This document shows, in pieces, positions 25,062 to 34,232 of a stretch of 35,038 nt of DNA. The notes beneath the pieces were generated by a model. That model worked only from the letters and a program-made list of their open reading frames with translations, had not been told where the DNA came from and ran no database searches. The first letter of the stretch is position 1, and each line of letters begins with the position of its first letter. Source of the stretch: Bacteroidota bacterium (GTDB taxonomy: Bacteria > Bacteroidota > Bacteroidia > Bacteroidales > VadinHA17); NCBI GenBank assembly GCA_034659155.1, contig JAYEGO010000328.1, forward strand, positions 1-35,038. Reading direction: 5' to 3'. The position numbers and the translations under genes were made by a program.

Positions 25062-26747
25062 TTATGGAACCTCCAGTTTTCCAAGTAATATTATATTATC
25101 ATCAGAATTCAAAATTATTTTTCCTTGTTTCACCTGGCTTATTTTTCCTGAATAGTAGTCGAGCACCTGTATTCCATCTTGGAATATATCCTTAACATCA
25201 ATTTCCTTCAATCCGGGTTTAAGACCCAATCCAACCAAGACGACATCTTTATAATTTTCCGATTTATATTTTCGTTGGAAGTAATATGGATCCCGGGATA
25301 TCATTTTATGTTGTCCTGCTCCTACTGCTGGGTGATTACGCCTGAATGCTCCAAGTTTCTGCCAATGTATAAGGACATCCTGAATATTATAGCCATTCTT
25401 CGTGATGTTTTTTTCAAGCTCATCCCAGTTCATAAATGAACGAAGTTCCGCATCACCTTTTGTTCCTCCTGCATTTAATGAGCGTGCCGACTCATCTCCA
25501 TAATAAACCTGGGAGGCCCCGGGGCAGAGAAGCAACTTTGTTCCCGCTTCAAACGGATTATCTCTTAATTTGTCAAAAGGTACGCTATCATCGTGTGAGC
25601 TTATATAGTTTAATACAGACTTTCCTTTTAGTTCATTGTTTAGAAGGGAGGAATATTTAGAGAAAATTTCCTCATAGGAATTGTGTGCATCATATTTAAA
25701 TTCAAAATTGATCAGGCTCTTAAATCCATAATCGAAAAAATTAACAATAGAATCGCCAAAATTATATCCATCAACAGCCGAAATATTATATCCATAAACC
25801 TCACCGACCATAAAAAACCTGTTTTCGTCAAGTACTTTTTCCGGATTCTGTTCCTTCCATTCCTGAAAAGCCAGTTGGGCTTCATTATACAGATCAGACC
25901 AAACAGATTCTTCTGTGTGTTTGGCGGTATCTATCCTGAATCCGTCAACTCCGAATTTTCGGATCATGTCGGTAAGCCATTTCATTATATAATAGCGTGG
26001 AGCTTCAGGGTAGGAAGTTCGATCAAAAAAATCTTGTAGTTCCTTTAGTTCCTGTTCAAGCCTGTTTTCTTTGGCCCATTTTTCTTTCAATTGATCAGGC
26101 AGGTCCACAGTTTCATTACTTTCTGTTTTAATATCAGGTAAATTTTCTACCAGGGTGCAGCTTATTGTTGATTCATAACCCTGATAAGTGCAGGCAGGGC
26201 TTGTACGAACCCATGAATCTGGCCATTGAGGGTCTATTTCTGTTACCGGTCCGGTATGATTTAAAACTACATCTATAATAACCCTGATTCCATGTTTGTG
26301 GGCTGTTTCCACGAAGTTTAGGAAATCTTCTTCTGTGCCAAAATTTGGTTCAAAAGCAGTCCAGTCTTTTGCCCAATATCCATGATATCCATAAGTATCT
26401 CCTGTTCCTTCATTTACCAGACCATGAATTTGCTCAACTACCGGAGATAGCCAGATAGCATTAATCCCCAGCTTATCAAAATACCCATCTTCTATTTTCA
26501 TGGTAATTCCGGCAATATCTCCTCCCATAAAACCCCTCAATTTTGCGGTTTGCTGATCTCTCTGGAAGTTAAGATCATTTTCAGGTTTACTATTATTAAA
26601 GCGATCGGTAAGAAGGAAATATATATTTGCCCCTTCCCATACAAATGGAGCATCATAGGATATATTTGGCGCATAATTATCCCGGTTCGTATTTGAACAA
26701 GCCATTAGAACCAGGAATCCAAGAAAAAGAAGATGTTTACTATTCAT
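25062..26747 (-). CDS. GH13 alpha-amylase lipoprotein
   Basis: The start is taken at ATG 26747 (MNSKHLLFLGFLVLMACSN, lipobox). GH13 regions: RVIIDVVLNHTG, GVDGFRIDTAKH, FMVGEVYG, YISSHDD. Confidence 0.9.
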   Translation of the reverse strand: MNSKHLLFLGFLVLMACSNTNRDNYAPNISYDAPFVWEGANIYFLLTDRFNNSKPENDLNFQRDQQTAKLRGFMGGDIAGITMKIEDGYFDKLGINAIWLSPVVEQIHGLVNEGTGDTYGYHGYWAKDWTAFEPNFGTEEDFLNFVETAHKHGIRVIIDVVLNHTGPVTEIDPQWPDSWVRTSPACTYQGYESTISCTLVENLPDIKTESNETVDLPDQLKEKWAKENRLEQELKELQDFFDRTSYPEAPRYYIMKWLTDMIRKFGVDGFRIDTAKHTEESVWSDLYNEAQLAFQEWKEQNPEKVLDENRFFMVGEVYGYNISAVDGYNFGDSIVNFFDYGFKSLINFEFKYDAHNSYEEIFSKYSSLLNNELKGKSVLNYISSHDDSVPFDKLRDNPFEAGTKLLLCPGASQVYYGDESARSLNAGGTKGDAELRSFMNWDELEKNITKNGYNIQDVLIHWQKLGAFRRNHPAVGAGQHKMISRDPYYFQRKYKSENYKDVVLVGLGLKPGLKEIDVKDIFQDGIQVLDYYSGKISQVKQGKIILNSDDNIILLGKLEVP

Positions 26748-26888
26748 GTTTTGCTTATTAGTGTTTAATAAGTTTAGTTCGAAATATAAACTTGTTATTA
26801 TAGTAACAATTGCCCCAGAGTTCATCCAGGAGTTCAGCAATCCTGTCGATTGAAGACAGGCCTTTGTGTATATATATTAGCAATGATA

Positions 26889-27140
26889 TTTATATATTAC
26901 GTCCCTACGGGACTTGGCAAACAGGTTCAAGGTTCTTTCTATAAATATGTCATACCTACGGGATTCCAAAACCATAGATGATATAAGAATACGATATTGA
27001 ATTAATCATTCAGAAGTTCTAATAATAGTAGTTTCCAACAAATAGTTTGCATGAATCAAATGTCCCGTAGGGACAAAATATTTATAGTAAAGTTGTTATA
27101 ATCAATGTTCTAAGTCCCGTTAGGGACGAAATATAAGTTA
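26889..27140. repeat. Dyad-symmetric cluster of four ~30-nt motifs with core GTCCC-N3/4-GGGAC
   Basis: Cores at 26901-26913 (GTCCCTACGGGAC), 26952-26964 (ATACCTACGGGAT), 27062-27074 (GTCCCGTAGGGAC) and 27114-27127 (GTCCCGTTAGGGAC). The AT-rich flank CTATAAATAT is shared in inverted orientation (26939-26948 and 27078-27087). Centre-to-centre spacing is about 51, 110 and 53 nt. Confidence 0.6.
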
Positions 27141-27187
27141 GTTTAATAAATGATACACAAATTAGAAAAGAGCCAAAAAACAGGATG

Positions 27188-28261
27188 TTATTCGTTTCTA
27201 TTCATGGCATTGAGGTCTTCAAAAGCTTCGGTCAGCCTTTCAATGAAGCTAAGTTCACCTTTCCGTAACCAGGCCCGGGGGTCATAGAATTTTTTGTTTG
27301 GTTTATCTTCTCCTTCCGGGTTTCCAATCTGGGTTTGCAAGAAATCTTTTGCATCTTTATAATATTTATTAACCCCATCCCAGAAAGCCCACTGCATATC
27401 AGTATCCAGGTTCATTTTGATGACCCCATAATCAATGGCTTCTTTAATATGGTGCTTTTCAGAACCAGATCCGCCATGAAAAACAAAATTGACAGGATTG
27501 GTTTCAGTATTGTATTTGTTTTGGATGAATTCCTGAGAATTTTTCAGGATTTCAGGTCTCAATTCAACATTTCCGGGCTTGTAAACCCCATGAACATTTC
27601 CAAAGGAAGCGGCAATTGTAAAGGCATCACTTATTTTCAGTAATTCCTCATAAGCCTGTGCAACCTCTTCTGGCTGTGTATAAAGGCGGGAGCTATCCAC
27701 ATCTGTATTATCTACACCATCTTCTTCTCCACCGGTAATTCCAAGTTCAATTTCCAGGGACATCCCCATTTTACTCATTCTTTCAAGATATTTCTTGCTG
27801 ATGGAAATATTCTCGCTAAGAGATTCCTCTGACAGATCTAACATATGAGAACTGTAAAGAGGTTTGCCTGTTTGTTGAAAGTACTTTTCTCCGGCATCCA
27901 ACAATCCGTCAATCCATGGAAGAAGCTTTTTTGCAGCATGATCGGTATGAAGCACAACAGGAACTCCGTAATATTCAGCCATTGTATGTACATGATAGGC
28001 ACCAGAAATACCGCCCGCAATAGCAGCCTTCTGGTCTTCATTTGAAATGCCTTTTCCTCCAAAAAAAACAGCACCTCCATTTGAAAACTGGATGATCACA
28101 GGAGAATTTACCTTTGCAGCTGTTTCCAAAACTGCATTAACTGAATTTGTTCCTATGACATTTATTGCAGGGATGGCAAAATTGTTCTCATTTGCATAAT
28201 CAAATAATTCTTTCACTTCATCACCAAATAAAACACCTGATCTGAATTTTTTTGTAGCCAT
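27188..28261 (-). CDS. fbaA: Class II fructose-1,6-bisphosphate aldolase
   Basis: Start at ATG 28261 (MATKKFRSGVLFGDEV). Motifs: PVVLHTDHAAK, SLEIELGITGGEEDG, FVFHGGSGS. Confidence 0.92.
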   Translation of the reverse strand: MATKKFRSGVLFGDEVKELFDYANENNFAIPAINVIGTNSVNAVLETAAKVNSPVIIQFSNGGAVFFGGKGISNEDQKAAIAGGISGAYHVHTMAEYYGVPVVLHTDHAAKKLLPWIDGLLDAGEKYFQQTGKPLYSSHMLDLSEESLSENISISKKYLERMSKMGMSLEIELGITGGEEDGVDNTDVDSSRLYTQPEEVAQAYEELLKISDAFTIAASFGNVHGVYKPGNVELRPEILKNSQEFIQNKYNTETNPVNFVFHGGSGSEKHHIKEAIDYGVIKMNLDTDMQWAFWDGVNKYYKDAKDFLQTQIGNPEGEDKPNKKFYDPRAWLRKGELSFIERLTEAFEDLNAMNRNE

Positions 28262-28355
28262 TATTATATGATTTAGTAAGTTTAATATTTCTTTAACCAA
28301 AAGATAACTTTAGATATTGTAAAGATAATACAATGGAAATTGGATTTCCTTCCAA

Positions 28356-30668
28356 TTATTGAATTCTTTCAATTTTGATCTTAGTTCCTTTTTCAAGGTG
28401 ATACTTTTTGTTGTAAACAACCACATCTGTACTTTCTCCTGAAATGTTAGACAGGCTTAAATCAATTTCATTTATATACAAATTCAGGATATTCTTACGG
28501 AATCTTACATTAAATGAATAGGAAGTCCAGTTTTGCGGAATCAATGGAGAGAAATTTAATAGATTATTTCTAACTCTCATGCCTCCAAAACCTTCTACTA
28601 CCGACATCCATGTCCCTGCCATACTGGTAATGTGTAAACCTTCTTCTACTTCTTTATTGTAATCATCCAGGTCGAGTCTTGCAGTTTGAAGATAAAAGTC
28701 ATAAGCTCTGTCGATGTCTCCAGTTTTTGACGCAAGTATCGAATGCAAACAGGCAGAAAGAGAAGATTCATGAACTGTTCTGGGTTCATAATAATTAAAA
28801 TTCCTTTTTATACAATCCTGGTCAAATCTTTCTTCCAGCATATAAATACCCTGCAAGACATCTGCTTGTTTGATAAAAGGAGAGCGCAAGATCCTGTCCC
28901 AGGACCAATATTGATTTATAGGTCTTTCATTCGTATCAATATCAGAAACCAATAATTGTTCTTTGTCGAGATAGCCATCCTGTTGAAGAAACACTTTCTC
29001 ATTTTCATGGTATGGATAATGCATGTTTTGAATGATCCTTTTCCAAAGCACAGTTTCTTCAGCTTCTTTGAAGTTTAGTTTTTGAATTTTGTCTGCAAAT
29101 TTTTCAGGATGATCTTTTTTTAGCTGGTCAAGGCTTTGGATGGTATATTCCAGGGTCCAGGTAGCAATAGTATTGGTGTACCAATTATTATTTACATTGT
29201 TTTCATATTCATTCGGTCCGGTTACACCCAGGATAACATATTGCCCTTTTTCAGGAGAGAAATTTACTCTTTGTGACCAAAATCTTGAAAGGGCAATCAG
29301 AACATCGACTCCATAATTATTTATGTATTTATTATCTCCGGTATAACGGGTATAGTTATAAATAGCAAAAGCAATGGCTCCGTTTCTGTGTATTTCTTCA
29401 AAGGTAATTTCCCATTCATTATGGCACTCTTCCCCATTCATTGTGACCATAGGATACAAAGCGGCACCATTGATAAACCCCAGCTTCTCTGCATTTTCAA
29501 TTGCCTTTTTCAGATGCTTATACCTGTACATAAGAAGCTTTCTGGCTACTTCTGGTTTTGCAGTACTTAAATAAAAGGGCAGGGCATATGCTTCGGTGTC
29601 CCAATATGTACTTCCTCCATATTTTTCTCCTGTAAATCCCTTGGGACCAATATTTAACCTTTCGTCTTCTCCGGTGTAAGTTTGATTCATCTGGAAGATA
29701 TTAAACCTGATTCCCTGTTGTGCAGCTACATCTCCTTTAATAACAATATCACTTTCCTCCCATTTTTTTACCCAGGCATTTTTTTGCTGACTAAGCATTT
29801 CAAAAAAGCCTTTCGAAACTGCACTCTCAAGCAATTTCATAGTAATTGATGTTAAATTGCTTACAGAATGATCTTCTGATGTTATGTTGACTGCATACTT
29901 ATAGATTACAAGTTCATCATTTTGTTGAACAGGAATACTGGTGGTATTTGCAATGAATTTTTGCCTTGAAATTTTCTCAAGTTCTGGTTGAATAATATTT
30001 TGATTTTTCTCAAAAACCAGTTTCATTCCTGTGGACACATAAAAATTTGATTTTTTAGTTTTTCCAATAATATGTCCTGCTCCTGTATCAATATTACTTG
30101 AAATTTCATCCCAGAACTTTTCATTATAGTTAGAGTCTTCGTTTTTGACATCCAGGTCAATATAAGGTGTAAAGCGAATATTGCCAGAGAAATTCAAAGC
30201 TTTTATTTTTAAACGAATTACTCCGGTTTCAGTATCTACAATGCTTAAAAATCGTTTTGTTTCAACTTCAATTTTCCTGTTTCCTGATTCTGCAGTAAAG
30301 GTTCTTTCCAGGAAACCTTCTTTCATATTCAGGACTCTCCGAAAGTTAATTACCTTCCATTTTGCCAGGTCAAGTACCTCTCCATTAATTTCTATATTAA
30401 TTCCAATCCAGTTTGCTGCATTTAAGACTTTGGCAAAGTACTCGGGATATCCGTTTTTCCACCAACCAACCCTTGTTTTGTCAGGATAATAAATTCCAGC
30501 CACATAGCTTCCCTGCAATGAGTCTCCACTATATTGCTCTTCAAAATTGGCCCTTTGTCCAATTTTGCCATTTCCTATTGAGAAGATACTTTCTGATGCC
30601 CGGTTCTTTTCGGGGAAAAACCCTTCCTCAATGATTAACCATTCATTATATATTAGTTCAGGACTCAT
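28356..30668 (-). CDS. GH65 disaccharide phosphorylase, most likely maltose phosphorylase
   Basis: 770 aa. GH65 motifs: GEKYGGSTYWDTE, GVTGPNEYENNVNNNWYTN, HITSMAGTWMSVVEGFGGMR. The starch-locus context favours maltose over trehalose or kojibiose. Confidence 0.88.
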   Translation of the reverse strand: MSPELIYNEWLIIEEGFFPEKNRASESIFSIGNGKIGQRANFEEQYSGDSLQGSYVAGIYYPDKTRVGWWKNGYPEYFAKVLNAANWIGINIEINGEVLDLAKWKVINFRRVLNMKEGFLERTFTAESGNRKIEVETKRFLSIVDTETGVIRLKIKALNFSGNIRFTPYIDLDVKNEDSNYNEKFWDEISSNIDTGAGHIIGKTKKSNFYVSTGMKLVFEKNQNIIQPELEKISRQKFIANTTSIPVQQNDELVIYKYAVNITSEDHSVSNLTSITMKLLESAVSKGFFEMLSQQKNAWVKKWEESDIVIKGDVAAQQGIRFNIFQMNQTYTGEDERLNIGPKGFTGEKYGGSTYWDTEAYALPFYLSTAKPEVARKLLMYRYKHLKKAIENAEKLGFINGAALYPMVTMNGEECHNEWEITFEEIHRNGAIAFAIYNYTRYTGDNKYINNYGVDVLIALSRFWSQRVNFSPEKGQYVILGVTGPNEYENNVNNNWYTNTIATWTLEYTIQSLDQLKKDHPEKFADKIQKLNFKEAEETVLWKRIIQNMHYPYHENEKVFLQQDGYLDKEQLLVSDIDTNERPINQYWSWDRILRSPFIKQADVLQGIYMLEERFDQDCIKRNFNYYEPRTVHESSLSACLHSILASKTGDIDRAYDFYLQTARLDLDDYNKEVEEGLHITSMAGTWMSVVEGFGGMRVRNNLLNFSPLIPQNWTSYSFNVRFRKNILNLYINEIDLSLSNISGESTDVVVYNKKYHLEKGTKIKIERIQ

Positions 30669-30673
30669 ATTTA

Positions 30674-32023
30674 CTATATTGTTTTTTCGTCAACATCTAT
30701 AACTCTTGAAACCATGATTGCTGCAATAAGAAATGAAACACCACTTGCAACCAGGGCAAAAACCGGATTACCTCCGTATACATATTTTACAATTGGTCCA
30801 CCGATAATTGCATTGATAATCTGCGGAAGGACAATAAAGAAATTAAATATGCCCATATAAACTCCCATTTTATGCCCGGGGATTGATCCGGCCAATATAG
30901 CATATGGCATAGCCAGGATACTGGCCCAGGAAATTCCAATAGCAACCATAGAAAGGATCAGCCAATATTCGTTTGGAGCAAAATAGATTGAAATCAATCC
31001 CAACCCTCCAATGCTTAATGAAAAAGCATGAGTTCTTTTTCTTCCGAATATCTTTGCAATTGCAGGTAAAAAGAAAGCATAAATAGCAGATACTGCATTA
31101 TAAATTCCAAATAATATACCTACCCAATCTCCGGCATTTTGGTAGGCACTGCTGTGAGTGTCGTCAAGAGAAAGACCATATGTGTGATGAGCAATTGCAG
31201 GAGTAGTGAAGACCCACATTCCAAAAAGGCCGAACCATGAGAAAAATTGAACCAGACTTAACTGCCTCATGGTAAGGGGCATGTTTCTAAAGTCTGAAAA
31301 AATGTTTAGAAGTCCAAGAGATTTTTCATCCTCATTCCCTTTTTCTCTGCCCTGGTTATTGTATTCAGCTAATTCTTCAGGAGGATATTCTTTAGTTGTA
31401 AATATTGTAACAAGAATGCTACTAACAAGGACAACAGCTCCGGTAATAAAAGAAAGTAAGAGATTTAAGGGGACGACGCCCGGATCTGCTTCGTTGCTAA
31501 TACCTACCCAGTTTGTTAATGCATAGGGAAGCCAGGATCCAATCACAGCCCCTATTCCAATGAGAATTGTTTGTACACTGAAGCCCAGGGTTCTCTGGTC
31601 AGATGGAAGCAGGTCGGCAACAAGTGCCCGGAATGGTTCCATTGCAATATTAAAAGAGGCATCCATCACCATAAGCATTCCTGCACCAACCCAAAGGGAG
31701 GGAAGAAAAGCGGTAAACATATCTGCATTGGGCATTAATATCAAGCCTACCGATGCCAACAGGGCTCCGGTTAAAAAGTAAGGCCTTCTTCTTCCCAGGC
31801 GTGTCCACGTTCTGTCACTGTAATAGCCAATGATTGGCTGAACAATCATTCCGGTTAAAGGAGCAATAATCCAAAACCATGAAAGTTCGTGAACATCAGC
31901 TCCAAAAATTTGTAAAATCCTACTTGCATTTGCATTTTGCAAGGCAAAACCCATTTGAATTCCCAGGAACCCAAAGCTCATATTCCATATCTGCCAAAAT
32001 GTTAAACGGGGTTTTATTTTCAT
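30674..32023 (-). CDS. MFS/GPH-type sugar:cation symporter (probable maltose/maltodextrin importer)
   Basis: About 12 TM helices. GYYSDRTWTRLGRRRPY is the MFS loop 2-3 motif, as in SLC45/sucrose-maltose symporter-like proteins. The gene lies 5 nt upstream of the GH65 gene. Confidence 0.85.
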   Translation of the reverse strand: MKIKPRLTFWQIWNMSFGFLGIQMGFALQNANASRILQIFGADVHELSWFWIIAPLTGMIVQPIIGYYSDRTWTRLGRRRPYFLTGALLASVGLILMPNADMFTAFLPSLWVGAGMLMVMDASFNIAMEPFRALVADLLPSDQRTLGFSVQTILIGIGAVIGSWLPYALTNWVGISNEADPGVVPLNLLLSFITGAVVLVSSILVTIFTTKEYPPEELAEYNNQGREKGNEDEKSLGLLNIFSDFRNMPLTMRQLSLVQFFSWFGLFGMWVFTTPAIAHHTYGLSLDDTHSSAYQNAGDWVGILFGIYNAVSAIYAFFLPAIAKIFGRKRTHAFSLSIGGLGLISIYFAPNEYWLILSMVAIGISWASILAMPYAILAGSIPGHKMGVYMGIFNFFIVLPQIINAIIGGPIVKYVYGGNPVFALVASGVSFLIAAIMVSRVIDVDEKTI

Positions 32024-32073
32024 ACTGAAAGCTTAAAAATTCGCACACACAAAAAGAGGGGAATTCAGACTTC

Positions 32074-32081
32074 CAAATGTA
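32074..32081 (-). promoter_or_regulatory. Candidate -7 promoter box (TAnnTTTG on the - strand) for the MFS-GH65 operon
   Basis: The + strand reads CAAATGTA, which is TACATTTG on the - strand, about 50 nt upstream of ATG 32023. Confidence 0.3.
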
Positions 32082-32169
32082 AAGATAAAAATCGAATAGA
32101 AAAGCCTTATTTAATTAAAATACAGGTAGATGGAGTCTTGGGTTTAATGGTTTTCATAAAGCTCATATT

Positions 32170-32182
32170 GCAAACGTTTGCG
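32170..32182. promoter_or_regulatory. Candidate LacI-family operator upstream of the MFS-GH65 operon
   Basis: GCAAACGTTTGC is a perfect 12-nt palindrome. CAAACGTTTGCG (32171-32182) is identical to 11858-11869. Confidence 0.5.
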
Positions 32183-32286
32183 AGAGTTGAAAGCTGTTTA
32201 TTGCCAGGAGTGTTTTTTTGATTTTATTATGGCTTTTTTGAGAAATCCAGCCACAAAAGCAGACAAGAATGGCTTAAGAGAGGAAA

Positions 32287-34125
32287 TTAATGGACTTTAA
32301 CAATTTTTTGGAGGTGATAGAAATCTTCACAACTGAGTTTTAAAAAATAAATGCCGGGAGGCAAATCCAGGGTAGAAAGTTGCACAACTGAACCCTTAAA
32401 GTGAAGTTTCTTAATAACAGTTCCCGTAATATTCAGTATTTCAGCATTAAAAGAAGGTGAATGGAGTGGTGTTATTTTAATAAATATTTCATCCCGAAAA
32501 GGGTTAGGAAATACAAGAACCTCGTCTGAATTGTATTGAGCAGGAATACCGACCTGACCTATATGAACATTCAATACCACCGGATTGCTATAGCAATTTG
32601 AACTATCTGTCTCAACCAGGCTTATACTTCCTGTTCCGTATATTTTCCAGGTAACTTTGATTCTTGAAGTTCCCTGACCCGAGTGAATTTTGCCTCCGGT
32701 TACTTCCCAATAATAACTTGAGCCCACATGAGCTTGTACATAATATTCATGGCGACTTCCGTATTCCACAAGGCTGTCTCCAAATATATGTCCGGGATCA
32801 ACTAGAGGAGGTTCAGTTAGTATAATGCTGTCTTTAGCTGTATTTAAATCATTGTCTGTTACAATAACAAGGTAGTACCTTCCGGCTTCAAGAGAATCAA
32901 CATCATTCCCTATAGTCATTGCATCATCATCCCAGGAATAGGAGTAAGGAGGAGTTCCACCTGAAGCACTGGCAATTGCCCATCCGTCATTGTATCCGTA
33001 ACAGGAAATGTTCGAACTATCGCTTATGCTAACAGAAAGAGGGAAAGCACTTTGGGAATAATAATATTCAAGTCTATACAAATACTCCCATAAAGCGGAA
33101 GTAGAATTCCAGCTATGTCCTTCTTCCAGGGACAGTTCGCCGTATTCACCAAACTCATATATATAGCGATTATGCACGTCCCAACCGGAATAAGAACTAT
33201 TCCAAATGAAATACCGAATCATAGTATTTTGCAAAATTTCATTATAACTGTAATCATATAATACAAAATTTATCCATTCTGTTCCGGTCCATGATTGATA
33301 TTTCTTTTCAATTACCTGGTTTGCACCATTGTATTTAAAACTAATTAATGTAAAAAAATTCCAGTCAGACAGGTTTGTATCCCATATTTCCTGAAGTTCA
33401 CTTACAAATAAGCGAGATGAGTCATAATCATAAAAACTTTGATTTCCATTTACCCATGTATTGTTGTCAGGATCCCATTTCTGTCTTAGGAAATGGATTT
33501 TTCTATTGTCTTCAAATTCATAGATAAACTGATAGTCATTGATAAATCTGGAACTATCTGTATTCCAGTATTGCCTCAGGTAGTGAGTCCAGTTACCCAA
33601 TAAATCAAAATCGTATGAATATTTTGAGACTGTATCCCAATTCTGACTTGTTTCATTCCACGAAAATGCCAGGTAATGGTCCAGAAGTAATGAGGGCTTG
33701 TAGGTATATTCTCTTTTACTGGCTGGCAGCCATATGCCTGATTGCTGAGACCAGGAACTAACTAACTTATGTGTTAACAAGCCATTATCATCGTAAAATC
33801 TTTCATCAGAAGTCTGGTTTATCCAGTTTTCAGAGATAGAATTCCAGGATCTGATTATTTTGAGACTTATAAAGTTTTGTTCATTGTAGGAAAAAAGGGT
33901 GCTCTGGTTTTCTCCCCAGTCTGTTTGAATGACATCGTAAGTATAATAATATATTGAGTCGAGCCTTATATCTGGAGATTTCAAATTTTTTAATACGGCA
34001 ATGGAATATGGATTGTATATGGAATCAGGATAACTATTCGATAGGGAATAAAGATCGGAATGCATATTTTGCCCATATAAATGACTGGTAATAAACAATA
34101 ACAATATATGAATAATAAGCTTCAT
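32287..34125 (-). CDS. T9SS-secreted protein of unknown function with Trp-rich tandem repeats, a SprB-like repeat, a PKD-like domain and a C-terminal sorting domain
   Basis: Signal peptide MKLIIHILLLFITSHLYGQ. About 9-10 repeats of roughly 31 aa (W-[ND]-x5-W-x6-[YF]-x-[YF]-[DEN]) span aa ~94-357. ISCYGYNDGWAIASASGGTPPYSYSWDD is SprB-repeat-like. YYWEVTGGKIHSGQGTSRIKVTW is PKD-like. The CTD is VFPNPFRDEIFIKI...GIYFLKL. Confidence 0.8.
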   Translation of the reverse strand: MKLIIHILLLFITSHLYGQNMHSDLYSLSNSYPDSIYNPYSIAVLKNLKSPDIRLDSIYYYTYDVIQTDWGENQSTLFSYNEQNFISLKIIRSWNSISENWINQTSDERFYDDNGLLTHKLVSSWSQQSGIWLPASKREYTYKPSLLLDHYLAFSWNETSQNWDTVSKYSYDFDLLGNWTHYLRQYWNTDSSRFINDYQFIYEFEDNRKIHFLRQKWDPDNNTWVNGNQSFYDYDSSRLFVSELQEIWDTNLSDWNFFTLISFKYNGANQVIEKKYQSWTGTEWINFVLYDYSYNEILQNTMIRYFIWNSSYSGWDVHNRYIYEFGEYGELSLEEGHSWNSTSALWEYLYRLEYYYSQSAFPLSVSISDSSNISCYGYNDGWAIASASGGTPPYSYSWDDDAMTIGNDVDSLEAGRYYLVIVTDNDLNTAKDSIILTEPPLVDPGHIFGDSLVEYGSRHEYYVQAHVGSSYYWEVTGGKIHSGQGTSRIKVTWKIYGTGSISLVETDSSNCYSNPVVLNVHIGQVGIPAQYNSDEVLVFPNPFRDEIFIKITPLHSPSFNAEILNITGTVIKKLHFKGSVVQLSTLDLPPGIYFLKLSCEDFYHLQKIVKVH

Positions 34126-34232
34126 TCAATATTTAGTCTAAGTATGATAACTAAGCAGTGTCTATTTGATATTTTTATAAAAAAAGCTAATAAACAGATT
34201 CTGATTATACGTGTTTAAACCCTGTATGGTTA

